NCBI RefSeq assembly: GCF_001447785.1
Contig: NW_015172065.1
Span: 146,430 to 210,429 of the forward strand
DNA from: Gekko japonicus
Lineage: Eukaryota
DNA: 64,000 bases
Direction of reading: 5' to 3'
The notes beneath the pieces are model-generated. The model was given only the letters and a program-made list of their open reading frames with translations, searched no databases and was not told where the DNA came from. Below, in pieces: positions 1-12,720 of the stretch. The translations under genes were made by a program, and so were the position numbers. Numbering within the stretch: the first letter of the stretch is position 1; each line of letters begins with the position of its first letter.

Positions 1-171
1 TAGGATGTGACGCTACGCGTCGCTCTGGCAATGGGGCTGTTTGGAGTCCCGTTGCCAGGGTGACACGTAGCGTCACATCCTGGCGACGCTGGTGCAACGC
101 GGATTGCTGTCCCCCCGCGGCAGCGATCCTGCGATGATGCACGGATCCCCCGCCGCGGTTTGGCAGCCCTA

Positions 172-455
172 GTGATTAACACATGGAATTCACTGCCACA
201 GGAAGTGGTGGTGGCTATAAGCATGGACGGCTTCAAAAGGGAATTAGATAGGCATATGGAGCAGAGGTCCATCAGTGGCTATTAGCCACAAGGTATAGAT
301 AGGGGCTCTGGGGCAAGTGATGCCCTGTCTTCTTGGTGCTTGGGGGGGTCAACAGTGGGAGGGCTTCTAATGTCCTGGCCCAACTGGAGGACCTCCTGAT
401 GGCACTGGTATTTCTGGCCACTGTGTGATACAGAGTGTTGGACTGGATGGGCCTT
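172..455 (+). mobile_element. CR1 LINE 3' fragment
   Basis: gtgattaacacatggaattcactgccacaggaagtggtg... ORF2 end and 3' UTR; similar to the reverse complement of 28330-28650. Confidence 0.8.
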
Positions 456-1194
456 TTCATTTCATTTGGGCTAGTATAAAATCCTGATTTTTTAATCTTC
501 ATTATACCTTGACTTCACTACATTTTTTTCCCACCAGGAGAGATTTATATTTTGTTTTAATAGTGTTTCATCTGTTTTCAATTCAGTTTTTTTGCATAGT
601 AAATTAGTAAATGCTTAGTAAATTCCTCAGGTGCTGGCAAAGGTTCCTCTTCGGGGCTGACTCTGGAGGAGGCTGGGTTGCTCTGTGCCTCTTCCTCATC
701 TGAGGAATAGTCAGCCTCAGCTGAGCCAGGACCCATGACACGAAATCTTATACCTGGAAAGAATGTTGTTGGTCTTAAAGGTGCCATGGGACTCCGATGT
801 TGTTCTCTCACTCTTTTCTCACCCTCCCTTCCTCACCAAAGGAGGGGGGAGGAAACCTCAGCCAATGGAGTGAAGGGAGGAGGAAGCCACTGAGGGATCA
901 TTCTCTCTGTGTGAGAGAGAGCGAGAGAAGGGAAGGAAGTCTTGGCTTTGTTTCTCTTCCATGGGAAGTAGGAAGCAGGAGAGAGCCATTGAGGGAGCTG
1001 TGTGTCTGTGTGTGAGAGAGAGAGAAGGGAAGAGAGGCAGGAAGCATTTAGGGAACTGGGAATAAGTGAGCTGCAGTGTGGCAGCAGCAGCAGTCTTGGA
1101 GAAGGAAGCAGATGAGAGCCAATTGCTTGTGGGCTGGATGTGAGCCCTGCAGGAGACAGTTCTGGCCTGTGGGCCGTATGTTTGACACCCCTTT

Positions 1195-3440
1195 CTAGAG
1201 GCTAATAAAAAATCTATGCGGGTATATACCTTATGCACAGCTGGAAAATATGTATATTCCCTCATTTGTGAATTTAAGAGACACTAGACATCACATAATT
1301 AAAATTGTCTAAAATCTTGCCAAGCTTTTCATCTTTTCCGATGGGATCTATCCAAAACAGAGTTTACAGTATAATTAAAATCACAGCCTAACAAAATATC
1401 ACCTTCCAGGAATGTTGCTAGTTTCGATAAGGCATCATTAATAAACCAATCTGATCATTCTTTGGGGCATAAATAGAGCCCAAAGTAATCAAAACATCAT
1501 CTAATTTACCAATTACAAATAAGAATCTCTCTTTAGGATCTTTTTTTTACCTTCAGGCAGTGGATTTGCACATTTTTAGAAATTAAAATGGCTACTCCCC
1601 TGGATTTGGAATTACTAGGGGCTTGAAAGTGATGTATAAACCAAGATGATTTTAATATTTGTTTTACTGAAGATTTGAGAAGGGTCTCTTGAAGAAATAA
1701 AATGTCAGGGTGTTCTTTAGTTAAGGTTGTAGAAACTCTTCTAAATTTGATAGGATTATTTAAAGCCCAACAGTTTAATGTTAAGGCTTTAAAATGAGTA
1801 TTCATCCAAAATAAATAAATAAATTTAATATATTGACATCTTGGTAAAATACTGCACAGAAGTTTGATTCATCCCTTTACTAATTGTTTTTATCTCTCAT
1901 CACAAACTCATTAATAATTTTAATAATTTTCTTTTTACACTCGATCCTCAGAACAATAATATTCTTAAGTCCTACCAATAACCAGAGAAAAGGTGGGGGA
2001 GGGAGAAATCTCAAACAACAAACTAACTGTTTTAACTGGGGAAAAATTTCAGGAACCAACCATTTCTTTCTCAAGTTCCCAACTAAGAAGAAACACAAAA
2101 AAATAACCAACATTCTAAACCCTGTATACAGGGTGAATTCACAGAAACCTGAACCAAGATAGCACAGGCAGATTGAGCAAGAAAAGTATTGCCCAGTGTC
2201 TGGGATTCCCATAGGAGGCAACAAGACAAACCCCTCCCCCAACAAGCCTCTATAGTTATACTTGAGCGATTAGAACAATAAAATATTCAACTAGAACTTA
2301 TAGTATTATATTATCATGACCATCTACTGTATAGTATTAGACGGACATAAGACTGAGATAATGGCAATTGCTTAATCAGAATTCTGCCCCATTTTTTAGA
2401 AGTACTAGGTTTATTAAGCAGGGTTCCTAGATTGTTTCCTGTATTATCCCCTAATATTTTCAAGATAAGTTTCTTCAGTAAGGTTATTCCAGTTGCAGGA
2501 TCATGTGACTGTAAATGGGTGTCATTGTGAAAAACTAAGCTTGAAGGGGAGCCCCCTCCAGTAACAATTTTTTGCTTCATTTTAGGATCATTGGTTTTAG
2601 TTCCTTTGTCCTCTATAAACTCTCTGATGGAAGATCTTGAAATACAGATTTTTAAAATCTTATATGATCATGATCCTTGTAGATGAGATTCTTTGAGATT
2701 TTTTTTGTTTAGAACGAAAGTTCTCATAAACCTTGCCACAATATCTCTTGTGTGTTTAGACTGAGGTGGTGGAGGGCCCTCATGATACGCACTTTCAACA
2801 CTAGGAGCAATACCACCCTGTCGTTCCAAAATGCCAGCAGGCCAATTTGAGAGGAACATAGTTAGTTCCATATTTCATTTGATGGATTCTTTAACTCCTC
2901 TAAAATGTAGGTTGTTTTGTTTAAATTTAAGTTCCATATCCATTATTTTGTTTTGCAAATGCATTTCGTTGGATTGGAGCCACTTGATTTCTTCTTGTAG
3001 AGTTATTCCAAGCTCCATAGCCAATTCTGCCATCTGGGCTGTGTCTTTTAAAGCATTCTTAATTTCTAGTAGTTGGGCAGAGACCGGGTCTAATAACTTC
3101 TGCATGGTATCTGTAATCCTTGTCTCTAGATGGTTCGTAAATTCTAACAGGTCTTCTTTTAGTAATAGAGCATTGCGTTTTCTTCACTATTTTGATTCCC
3201 CCCCCCGCCCCCAGCTTCATTGTTCACAGCGTTTTTGGAATCGCTAGATGAGAAAAAGGACTTTAACATTGATGGGATATTTCTGCCTTAGAGTTATTCA
3301 ATTTACTTCCTGCAGTTTCCCCCATACTTTGTTGTTTCTTCTGGGTGGGTTATAGCTAGTAAAGAGGTAAATCAAGAGGGTGAGGTCCGGAGGTCCCAGT
3401 CTATGGACCCGGCATTACAGGCATCGCTCCGCCTCCCTCA
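1195..3440 (-). mobile_element. Degenerate L1-clade LINE, 5' part (5' UTR, ORF1, endonuclease domain of ORF2)
   Basis: ORF1 pieces: coiled coil, KQNNLHFRGVKE, VESAYH...RDIVARF. APE endonuclease motifs: LTLNCWALNNPIK, DILFLQET, SRGVAILI, EYTYF..VHKVYTRIDFLL. Confidence 0.85.
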
Positions 3441-3470
3441 AGACTAGTATTTCTAATGCTGGTGTCCTTT

Positions 3471-5052
3471 CTAGTCTTCACAGTCTGTCACCAGAGCCCT
3501 CACTTGTTGTACTACCTCCACAAACTCCCTCATTGCCTCAGCATGAAGGTTGGGGTCTTGTGCCAAGTGCTTAAAAAGATTGGCGGGTGTAGCAGTGCGT
3601 AGGGCCTTGGGCATAGGTATCTGAATGGGCAGGGAAATGTTTCCAATCAGGAAGTGCTTAAGATATTTCTCCTGCAGGGCAGCACGCATGAATAAGAGGA
3701 TGTCCTGCAGCCTTTGCGCAATATCTTCACAGGCCCAGTCTGACAATGGCTGAAAGAGCAGGAGATGCATCAGACAAGTCTTGTAATGGTAGTCAGTGAG
3801 CACAGGGCTCTTCCCATCCGATGGTCTGGACTCCTTGAGGTAGATGATGATCTGTAAACATTTCAGGTGGCAGCTCTCCTCAGGGGCTCGCTGTCTTACC
3901 CATTCGAAAAAGAGCAGCTCCTGGATTGCAAAGGTCCTCTGCCAAACTGTACCAGCTGAACGGTCCATCTCAGCACCCTGGGTGGCCAGGAAAACTAAGC
4001 TGTCTCCTTGCTGGACTCCAAGTATGATGTCAACAGAGATTGTCTTTCCAGATCTAAATGCCAGGTTCAGCTTGCATGCAGTGTTGGAAGGCTTGGGCAG
4101 GAGATCAAGATTGTACTTATAACTTATATTTTTCCAGGCCTTCCTCACAAGACTCTGGAACCAGTGGATGGTTTTATCCACATCTAAGTGGGAGCTGGTA
4201 CACAAAACATCCATGAGGAAGGCACCTTGCTTGTCTTCACTCAGCGTTTGCTCAGGATGATGAAGGAAGCATACCACATCCCCTAGCAGCCTTTCTCTCT
4301 TGCACATACACTCCATCTCCACCATGATGTGTCCATGTTTGCTTGAGGTACCCTCAGAATCACTTGTTTCCAGATGGAAAGAGNNNNNNNNNNNNNNNNN
4401 AAGAGTGTCCTTTGGGTGGCTCTACTGGCACCAGTACACTGAATGCCTTGGACTGCTGTGTGTGCCATCCTTCAAAGGCACTGTCCACACCAATACAGTT
4501 CGCCAATGAAGGAAGGGTGTTCTGATAGGGAAGGTCATTCTGGCAGGCCTCCAGCAAGTCATTCACAAACAACTCAACAAAATCGCACAGATGGGTTAGG
4601 TCGCTGGTGGCAACATCTGTATGGCGGTCATAGAAATCCTCTATCACTTTTTGCCTGTTGCCACATGTTTCACTTTCCATGTCAGTATCATCATCCTCCT
4701 CCTCTCCACTGGTACTACTGGAGGTATCAGTGTTAGAATCATCACAGGGTTCCTTTTCCGAGGTGTATATGTAGCCCACTAAGAAGGCTAGAAGGATCAC
4801 ATACTGCCACACATCCCAGGTTTCATCATCCATAGGCCGATCAGTTGTAATCCAGTCCTTTGGAGTCCGCAGCAGCTTCGAGGTCCAGCCTTTCTGGTCA
4901 AACTCTGTCTGCAGGAGCTCCATTTCCTGTTTCATCCGCTTCTCATGGTCATGGAGCCGGATCAACGTGGCCAAGTCTGTGTTGTCACTGACCATCAGAG
5001 GGTGGTGGACCAGAGTTAGCACAGCCAGGAAGATGAGAGGGCCCCAAAGCAT
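3471..5052 (-). CDS. ITPRIPL1: ITPRIP-like 1 (signal peptide, coiled coil, TM helix, Mab-21/cGAS-like domain); single coding exon, 519 aa after closing the N gap
   Basis: ORFs 4360..5052 and 3471..4325 join across the N run 4384-4400. Motifs: MLWGPLIFLAVLTL signal, WQYVILLAFLVGYIY TM, IGVDSAFEGW, PPKGHSFHLE, ECMC..GDVVCFLHHP, SCHLKCLQ, YHYKTCLMHLL, LKHFLIGN. Splice acceptor (polypyrimidine + AG at 5072-5071) lies 18 nt upstream of the ATG. Head-to-head with SNRNP200, as in human. Confidence 0.9.
4384..4400. other. Assembly gap (17 N), probably spurious
   Basis: Both flanks share the 5-mer aagag. Confidence 0.9.
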
Positions 5053-5355
5053 CCTGACTTGCGCCTGTTTCTAGAGAAAAACATGAAAGGAAACTATTCA
5101 AGTTGAAGCCCAGGAAGAACACTAGGCAAGGCTGTATATATTATTTGCTGAAAGAAATTAAAATTCTTTGCCCAAGAACACGCCATCTGTATGAATTGTA
5201 TGGAACCTTACTTGATTAATTTTGTTTTAAGTTTGGTAGTCATAGGAAGAAACTCCACAGGGAGTTGAAACCCCACTCCCAACTTCCGTCAATCTTCAGC
5301 TTTTAATTTCAACAGGCATTGCCACTTGCTTTAACAAGGAAATGACTCTTCCTTG

Positions 5356-5486
5356 TTAAAAGCCTGAGCCTCCCCAAGCTGTCCTGCCTGCTTTCGACCT
5401 TGCTGGCTGCTGCTGACTGCAACATCAGCCTCTCCCATTATTACTTGGTCATCTGTGAAGTCACATCTGTCTCAAAGTCATAGCTG
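5356..5486. repeat. ~130-bp local duplication, copy 1
   Basis: Highly similar to 7360-7495. Confidence 0.85.
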
Positions 5487-7359
5487 TGGTTGTTGTTGTT
5501 TTTTAAATTTCAATAGGCGATGCCATATATTTCCAATTTTATCTTAGAAAAAATATCTTGGAGACAGAATAGGGGTGTACAAAGCAACTGGGTTAATAAG
5601 GAACAGTGTAGTCCCAAACAGAGTTGAACCCTTCTTAGGTGCATTGGGGGTACTATTTTTAGGAGGGTGCAATTGTTTAGAATTGCACTGTAAATAACTT
5701 TGCAACTATAGAGGCTAGAAACTTGCTGTTTGGTGTGTGAGAGAGAAGAAGCTGAAATGTCCAATCAGTATTGCATCCTGTGACTTTTATGCACTTCCAC
5801 ATAGTTCTGGAAATAGAAATATGTGGGGTGGGTGGAGTCAATGCATTCTGCTGCTGGATTTGCCATGGCAATTACACACATTTCAGCCCAATCACAAACA
5901 TTTTGATTCATATATAAACACTACTGATTTTATTGTGGAGCCACATTAAGACATGAGAATACTCTATGATATGTCAAATTTAAGAGACCCCATCACATTA
6001 CTAAAAATGGTAACTTGAAGTGGAGGTCTGGCAAACATAGAGCCCCAAACCCTGAAGGGTTTAGCATTCAGAGGGTCTTAAGCCCTGACGGGTGAAGCCC
6101 AAAGGTTAAGCTAATTTGTTCTGTGCTCAGCATGGGTGGAGGTGCAATTCGTAAAGGAATTTTAATGCATGCATCCTGTTTGAAAGTGATTGTTTATTAT
6201 TTTTCATACACCTTTCTCCAAGCAAGGTAGATTACAATTGTAATAAAAACAGTCATATAAATTGCCTGAATTGACCCCTGGCTCTCCCTTGCTCAGAAGA
6301 TGGGGTTTTAGCAGCTTGGTCATAGAGGGCTGAAAAAAGCTACAGCTGATGAACTTCTCCCTTCTACAAAACTATCCAAACAGTACAGGCACCTATACAG
6401 ACAAGGTCTGGAGGAGCAGGATTGTACTCAATGGCCTCCAAAGTCTACATGTCCACCCAAATGCCCCTACATGCATTGCTGGCATGTGACTGCATGCATG
6501 GGCCACCTCGGGGACCAGTGGGCATGACCTTGCTTCACTCTAGTCTCTTCAGTAAATCCATGTCTTCCTTTGTATGTGTTACCCTTTTCTTGCCTCCCTC
6601 CCTCCCTTTCGGTTTTTCTCCTTATAAACAAAGAAAGTCAAAGAATATAACAGTGGTGCAACACACCTTGGATTCAGAAACAAGGGTCTTCTACAGTTTG
6701 TTTAAAATATATTTCTGGTAGGACTGCCACTATTGCACTATTACAGGTAGCTTAGAAAACCATAGAAAAATAAAGTAATATACTTGGGAGGGGGGAATAA
6801 AAACAAAAATCAACCCTTAAAAAGCAGCAAACCCAGCAGGGAGAAACAAAACAAAGAATAAAGACAGCAGGGTAAAAAGCCTCTTGTTCCATCCACCCAT
6901 CGAGATGAAAGTCAGTCCATTACAATTTATCCAGAACCTTCTCCAAGGACCTTAGGACAGCATATACATTATTCTGCTCCTCTGTTTTATCCTCACAACA
7001 ACCAGTTAGGCTGTGAAAGACTGACTCAAAGTCACCCTCGGGGAGCTTCATAACTGAGCAGAGATTTGAACCAGGACTTTTTTGGTCAGAGTCCAACACT
7101 CTAACTATGGTGGCTCAAATCAGAAAGGCTCCCACTTTTCCTGGCCCTGCTCACACACCTTTACCTGTCACAGGATGCAGGTGAAGATATTTTCCCCATT
7201 AGTTTTATACCTATGACAGGAAAGCTTCATAGGCTTAATTTCCCCACCACTTCCATACCTATCTATGTAGGCACTCTGGGGCAGTGCATCCTACAGCAGG
7301 GGCATCAGTGTATCACTTCCTGATGGACAAAGCACAATATCCTCAGTAGCTCTCCTTTA

Positions 7360-7495
7360 TTAAAAGCCTGAGCCTTCCCAAGCTGTCTTGCCTTCTTTCA
7401 ACCTTGCTGGCTGGCTGGTACTGACTCCAACATCAGCCTCTCCCATTATTACTTGGTCATCTGTGAAGTCACATCTGTCCCAAAGTCATAGCTGT
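7360..7495. repeat. ~130-bp local duplication, copy 2
   Basis: Highly similar to 5356-5486. Confidence 0.85.
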
Positions 7496-7769
7496 CCTTA
7501 AAGGGAGAGGGCCCAGCCTCAGCTTCTCTTCTGCTGCTTCAAGAGAACCACAGTTTTATTTTTTAAATCAAACAGGAACTGCTCAAATGCTCACTGGAGA
7601 AGAAGAGAAACTAAAGAGTTCAAGGCTAGCATTCCTGGTTTTTAGACTTGGAACAACTATTGGATTGGTTACCGAGGTGAAAGACCTCAGATAGCAGCAT
7701 AATTCATTTCCAAAATAGTCAAAACTGTTGGGTGCTATGTGAATCCATTAAAAATTCCAAAACCTATAT

Positions 7770-7965
7770 ACTTGTGTAAAGTGCTGTCAAGTTGCAGCCG
7801 ACCTATGGCAACCCCAGCAAGGGGCTTTCAAGGCAAGTGGGAAGCAGGGGTGGTTTACTATTGCCTTCCTCTGCAGTGTCTTCTTTGGTGGTCTTCCTTC
7901 CAAGTACCAACCCTGCTTAGCTTCTGAGATCTGATGAGATTGGGCTACATCATGCCACCTTCCCT
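7770..7965 (-). mobile_element. 5S rRNA-derived SINE
   Basis: Reverse complement of the 5S-like head (gatctcagaagctaagcagg) plus a BovB-like tail; related to 44587-44796. Confidence 0.7.
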
Positions 7966-8740
7966 TCCCCTACAAAACCAATAGTAGTGAATAATACCTT
8001 ATTTAGATGATTCTAGTCAAAGTAGCACTTTTTAAATCAGTTCTTTTTTTTGGTATTTTTTTTTTGGTAACTTTTTAAATCAGTTCTGAAGTAGCACTTT
8101 TCACAGCAGGAGTGCTTTAAGAACTATTACCCTAAAATTATATAGGTGAGAAAGCTTCACATCAGTAGGGTCATCCAGGCACACTTTTCAGAAGAGATTC
8201 ACAAGATCATTTAACAGAACATTCACTGCAAAATGAGCAACAGAAGTTCATGCTTCAGTGTGAAATCATAGCTCATGCTTGATGTTATGATTGGATTCTC
8301 TTTGTCTGAACAGGGATTTTAGAGTCTCTGTTAGAACATCAAGGAAAATTGCTATAAGATTAGGGTGCAGCGGTACATACCAATTGATCTTTCTGTTTTT
8401 ATCCCATCCATTGTCCAAGGAGCTCAGGATGACGTCCATTCTCCTCTGCTCCATTTATCTTCACAACAATCTTATGGAAAGTTATGTGAGAGAGGAAGAG
8501 TGACCCAAAGTCTTGCAGCAAACTTCATGCCAGAGTGACATTGCTTAAAATAAATAAATCACATTTAGATTGCAATTACCTGTGTAGGTCATTTTTACAG
8601 ATCACCAGTTGAATATCCAGTTGAATATATAGGATGCTGGAATTTAGATAAAGCTTATGGAGCAAAAAATAGTCATAGGGAAACTTCATTCTTCTCTGGT
8701 GGAAATGAACTGCAGGGATTTGACATCCTTTAGACCCTCT

Positions 8741-9090
8741 AAGGAGCTGCGGTGGCTCAAGTGGTTAAAACGCTGAACTGCAGGCTGTGGAAGGTCAGTA
8801 GTTCAGCAATTCGAGACCCGAGTTGCCGCATGACGGAGTGAGCTCCCGTCTCTAGTTCCAGCTCCTGCCAACCTAGCAGTTCGAAAGCAAGAAATTGCAA
8901 GTAGATAAATAGGTACCACTTCGGTGGGAAGGTAACAGTGTTCCATGCGCCTTGGTGTTTAGTCATGCCGGCCACATGACCACGGAAACGTCTTCGGACA
9001 GCACTGGCTCTTCGGCTTTGAAACGGAGATGAGCACCGCAACCCTAGAGTCGGACTCGACTGGCTTTTGAGCAAGGGAACCTTTACCTTT
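8741..9090 (+). mobile_element. Sauria SINE, full length
   Basis: tRNA-like head ggtggctcaagtggttaa, core gctcctgccaacctagcagttcgaaagc, acctttaccttt tail; near-identical to 61294-61618. Confidence 0.9.
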
Positions 9091-9169
9091 TAGGGCCATG
9101 AGGATCACATCACTGTACATAATTTCCTTGTCTTCCAGGCTTTGAAATAAACTTCATGAAGTCTTCAGC

Positions 9170-9395
9170 TGCCAAATGAGAAGGGAACACTCACTGGAGA
9201 AGACCCTGATGCTGGGAAAGATTGAAGGTCAAAGAAGATGGGGACGGCAAAGGATGAGATGGTTAGACAGAGTTATCGAGGCAACGAACATGAAATTAAG
9301 CAAACTCCAGAGCGCGCCGGAAGACAGGAGAGCCTGGCGTGATGTGGTCCATGGGGTCGCGAAGAGTCGGACTCGACTATGCAACTGAACAACAA
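9170..9395 (+). mobile_element. BovB (RTE) LINE 3' end
   Basis: SLEKTLMLGKIEGQRR.GRQRMRWLD; ggggtcgcgaagagtcggac; caa tail. Confidence 0.9.
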
Positions 9396-9861
9396 AGATG
9401 AAAAACCTATCTGATTCATCAGAGCACCTTTTATGTTATTACCAGTTGGGCTGGTAGAGGGCGCAGTTGTATTACAGGAGATTCCATTTTTGAACTCCGT
9501 TTTTGCATGCCCACATACAAAAAGTTTAACTGAGCACATAGCCAAATATCACAGGTAATAATGCAGAACAGACCGTGATGTTTGAGTGATGCAGGATCTC
9601 TAACGATATTTGGCTCATTTGAACAGTACTTACTTGGCTGGGCACTCAGATTTGCCAGTGTTACACTGCTATTTCTGCAAGAAAGCCAAACATGTGAAGG
9701 ACTAGTAATCCTGAATCACACAGGTGTATGTTTGCCTGGTTTCACACTGTATCCACATAGGACATGCTATCCCACTGGTGTGCAATAGTAGTACTGTAGA
9801 AAGGCCCTCTGGTTAAGGAAAGAACACTGAACTGATAAAACTCAGCCATACATTCCCCAGG

Positions 9862-10035
9862 CCAGCATCCGTTGCTATAACAAAGTCCCAGCAATCAACA
9901 GCTCAAGCCAACAACAAATTCCCAAACCAGTAAACAACCTAATATCAAAACCAGCATCCATTGCTATAACAAAGTCCCACCAATCAGCAGCTCAAGCCAA
10001 CAAAATCCCAAACCAGTAAACAACCTAATATCAAA
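9862..10035. repeat. Tandem duplication, 2 x ~88 bp
   Basis: ccagcatcc.ttgctataacaaagtccca...aacaacctaatatcaaa occurs twice. Confidence 0.9.
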
Positions 10036-10713
10036 CATCATATCACACAACCTATGAAAAACATCCCCCCTCCCACTTTTCTAAAAGAAAGATGAAACCA
10101 GATGTTCTTCAAAAGGGAAGGAGTTCCATATATTGATATCTTGATATTACATAAGGCCCTGTTACTAATTTTGTTAGTGTGATTCTGTGCATGTTGGTGT
10201 AGTCCACTTCATTGTCTGAGAAATCTTGTTTATTGCCCCCTGCTTTGATTTTTCACCTTCTGCTATTTTACAGTCTATAACAGAGAAACATTTTCAGTTG
10301 TTTTAAAGAGATTTTACACATCTCCACAAACATAGCAGTTTATAAAAAGGACTCATAGATCTGGCTGGATACAAAAGTGTTAAGATTAACCACACGCAGA
10401 AATGCATACACATACACCATTGAACAGCTCTCAGTGTTTATATTTATGATGATTTATGGTTGAGTTTTGGGGAAAAAAGATCAGTTCTCAAAATGGAACA
10501 GTCCAGAAATTGCAGGAGTAAAAAGGCCCACACATCTCAGGGTGTTTTTTTTATTTTACTAGACTTTTTCCTGTATCTTTAGCAGCAGCAGCAGAGTTAA
10601 GCAGGGGAACATTTCCCACCATAATCTCAGAGCCAGAAAAAATGATCTGTTAACCTGTCTGCTAACGGCACAGAGCAACCCTAACACATGTATGTGCATG
10701 ACACACTCATAAT

Positions 10714-11025
10714 CAGGGGTCTTGTTGTAGAAAAAGAGCTGCCGGAGCTCATTAGCATAACTCATTAGCATAACTTATTTGCATATGCCATGCCCCCTGA
10801 CATCACCGGAAGTGACAGAAGGCCACACCCCCTGACATCACTGGAAGTGTGTCAGAAGGCCCGGCTACTTACCCTCCTGCTTCATCCTCATTCCCAAACG
10901 GAATGAGGATCGAAGCAGAGGGCGGGGTAAAGAAGGGGCGGGGCTTCACCACGTGACCGCCCCGCCCCCTAGAGGTTCTCTTCCGGAGCTCCGTACCTGA
11001 GAGCTCCCCCCCGACTAGAGCCCTG
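10714..11025. mobile_element. hAT-type MITE (CAGGG termini, ATGCTAATGAG cassette)
   Basis: 8-bp TSD ctcataat. Confidence 0.85.
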
Positions 11026-11912
11026 CTCATAATACATCAATTGCTAAAAAGTACATATTAAAGCCACAAAAATGAGGGTTAGCTTGACCGCTGTGATTAA
11101 ACTGGTCCAGTCTAGAAGAGTGTAATGAGCATGTATGTCCCAAGTTCTAAGCATGAGAGATGTTGGTAACTGAAATCGCTATTTACAATTAAACAGACCC
11201 TTAAATGTGAGGAAGTGCCTGCAAGATATTTCCTCACACTACATGAGTAGTTCAGCATGTGGAGATCGTTGAAGAAATGCCTGATCCTCAAAGAGAGAGA
11301 CCATGCATCACAATTGTGCCATTATGACTGTAACATCAAAATGCTTAGAGCATTGTGAACACTGGTTAGCAAGACCAGAGCAATTTTACAGGACACTGGC
11401 ATACTTTAGTCTGTCTCTGAGCTCAGGAACCTGTTAAGTCAGATTTGGAAGAGAATGACCTCCAGTGAGGCTGGGAAAACAGGTAACAAGGGAAGAGTCA
11501 TAGCCAAGTCCTGCAGAACTCTGGAGAGCTCAAAAAGTGATCCTACAAGCTCCTAATGAATCTTCTCATATCTACAAACACTAGAGCCCCACTCCCTAGG
11601 CAGGGGGTTTAGAGGGGGAAAGTTCATTTCAATTTGGATTCCACATTTGATTGGTTGTCACACTAGGAGTTGGCTAAGAATGATTGCCCAAGACACTTTG
11701 GCAAATAACCCTAGAGCAGAGATCTCTGATGTGATGTCCATCAACAGGTTTCCTGGCACCCATTTGATTCTCCTCCAAAGCATATCTTTTCCCAAAGTGA
11801 TGAGCCCTTCATACCTTTCCCTCCACCACCTCCCTGAAGCAGGAGGTGCTTCAGAAGAACCCAGAAGACATCATTGTTGTATCTGCTGGGAGCACCCATT
11901 CCAGAACAGAGG

Positions 11913-12100
11913 TAGGGTTGCCAGCTTCTGGTTGGAAAATTCCTGGAACTTTGGGGGCAGAGCCTGGGGAGTCGAATATAATGCCATTGAGTCCACCTTC
12001 CAGAGTGGCCAAATTCTCCAGGGGAACTGATCTCTGTGATCTAGAGATCAGTTGTAATTCCAGGAGATCTCCAGGTCCCACCTGGGGGCTGGCAGCCCTA
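11913..12100. mobile_element. MITE with TAGGGTTGCCA/TGGCAGCCCTA termini
   Basis: Terminal inverted repeats; related pieces at 21310-21525, 35953-36148, 40830-40980 and 60790-61010. Confidence 0.65.
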
Positions 12101-12492
12101 GCTGTCTCCATCATAGGAATATTTTTTGGCTTGAAGCTGCCCCAGTATTCCTTGGCACCCATTTTGTAGTGACACCCCCTCCGCATTTCTCAAAATTCCA
12201 AAAGTGTGTACAGGTTCAGCTAGACTGGGGACCCTGCCCTAGAACATCCTTGCATTGTGCTGTTTGACATACCAGCTCTGTTTATGGGGAACTGGTTAGC
12301 CTCTGGGGAGCTGGTATGTGACAGAATATCAAACTATTTTTTTTTGGTCTCTTTGAGTTTAGTCATTCTATAGTCTCCTTGGAACGTCACGGGAAATGCA
12401 GCACAGCTTTAAGCACAAGTAAAGTTTCACTAAGAGCAGTCACTTGGGTATCTATGCAATAGTAGCATTTGGTAGTCAGCCTTGGGTTCCTG

Positions 12493-12720
12493 GGCACCAA
12501 ATGAGAAGGGAGCACTCACTGGAGAAGATCCTGATGCTGGGAAAGATTGAAGGTCAAAGAAGAAGGGTACAGCAAAGGATGAGATGGTTAATGTTATCGA
12601 TGCAAAAAACATGAAATTAAGCAAACTTTGGACCACGACGGAAGACAGGAGGGCCTGGCGTGATGTGGTCCATGGGGTTGCGAAGAGTCGGACTCGACTG
12701 TGTGACTGAACAACAACAAC
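12493..12720 (+). mobile_element. BovB LINE 3' end with TSD
   Basis: Same family as 9170-9395; (caa)n tail; TSD ttgggttcctg on both sides. Confidence 0.9.

Noticed and set aside
10860-10990. GC-box-rich stretch as the ITPRIPL1 promoter or first exon
   Set aside because: It lies inside a MITE bounded by an 8-bp TSD; similar GC-rich cores occur in the other copies.
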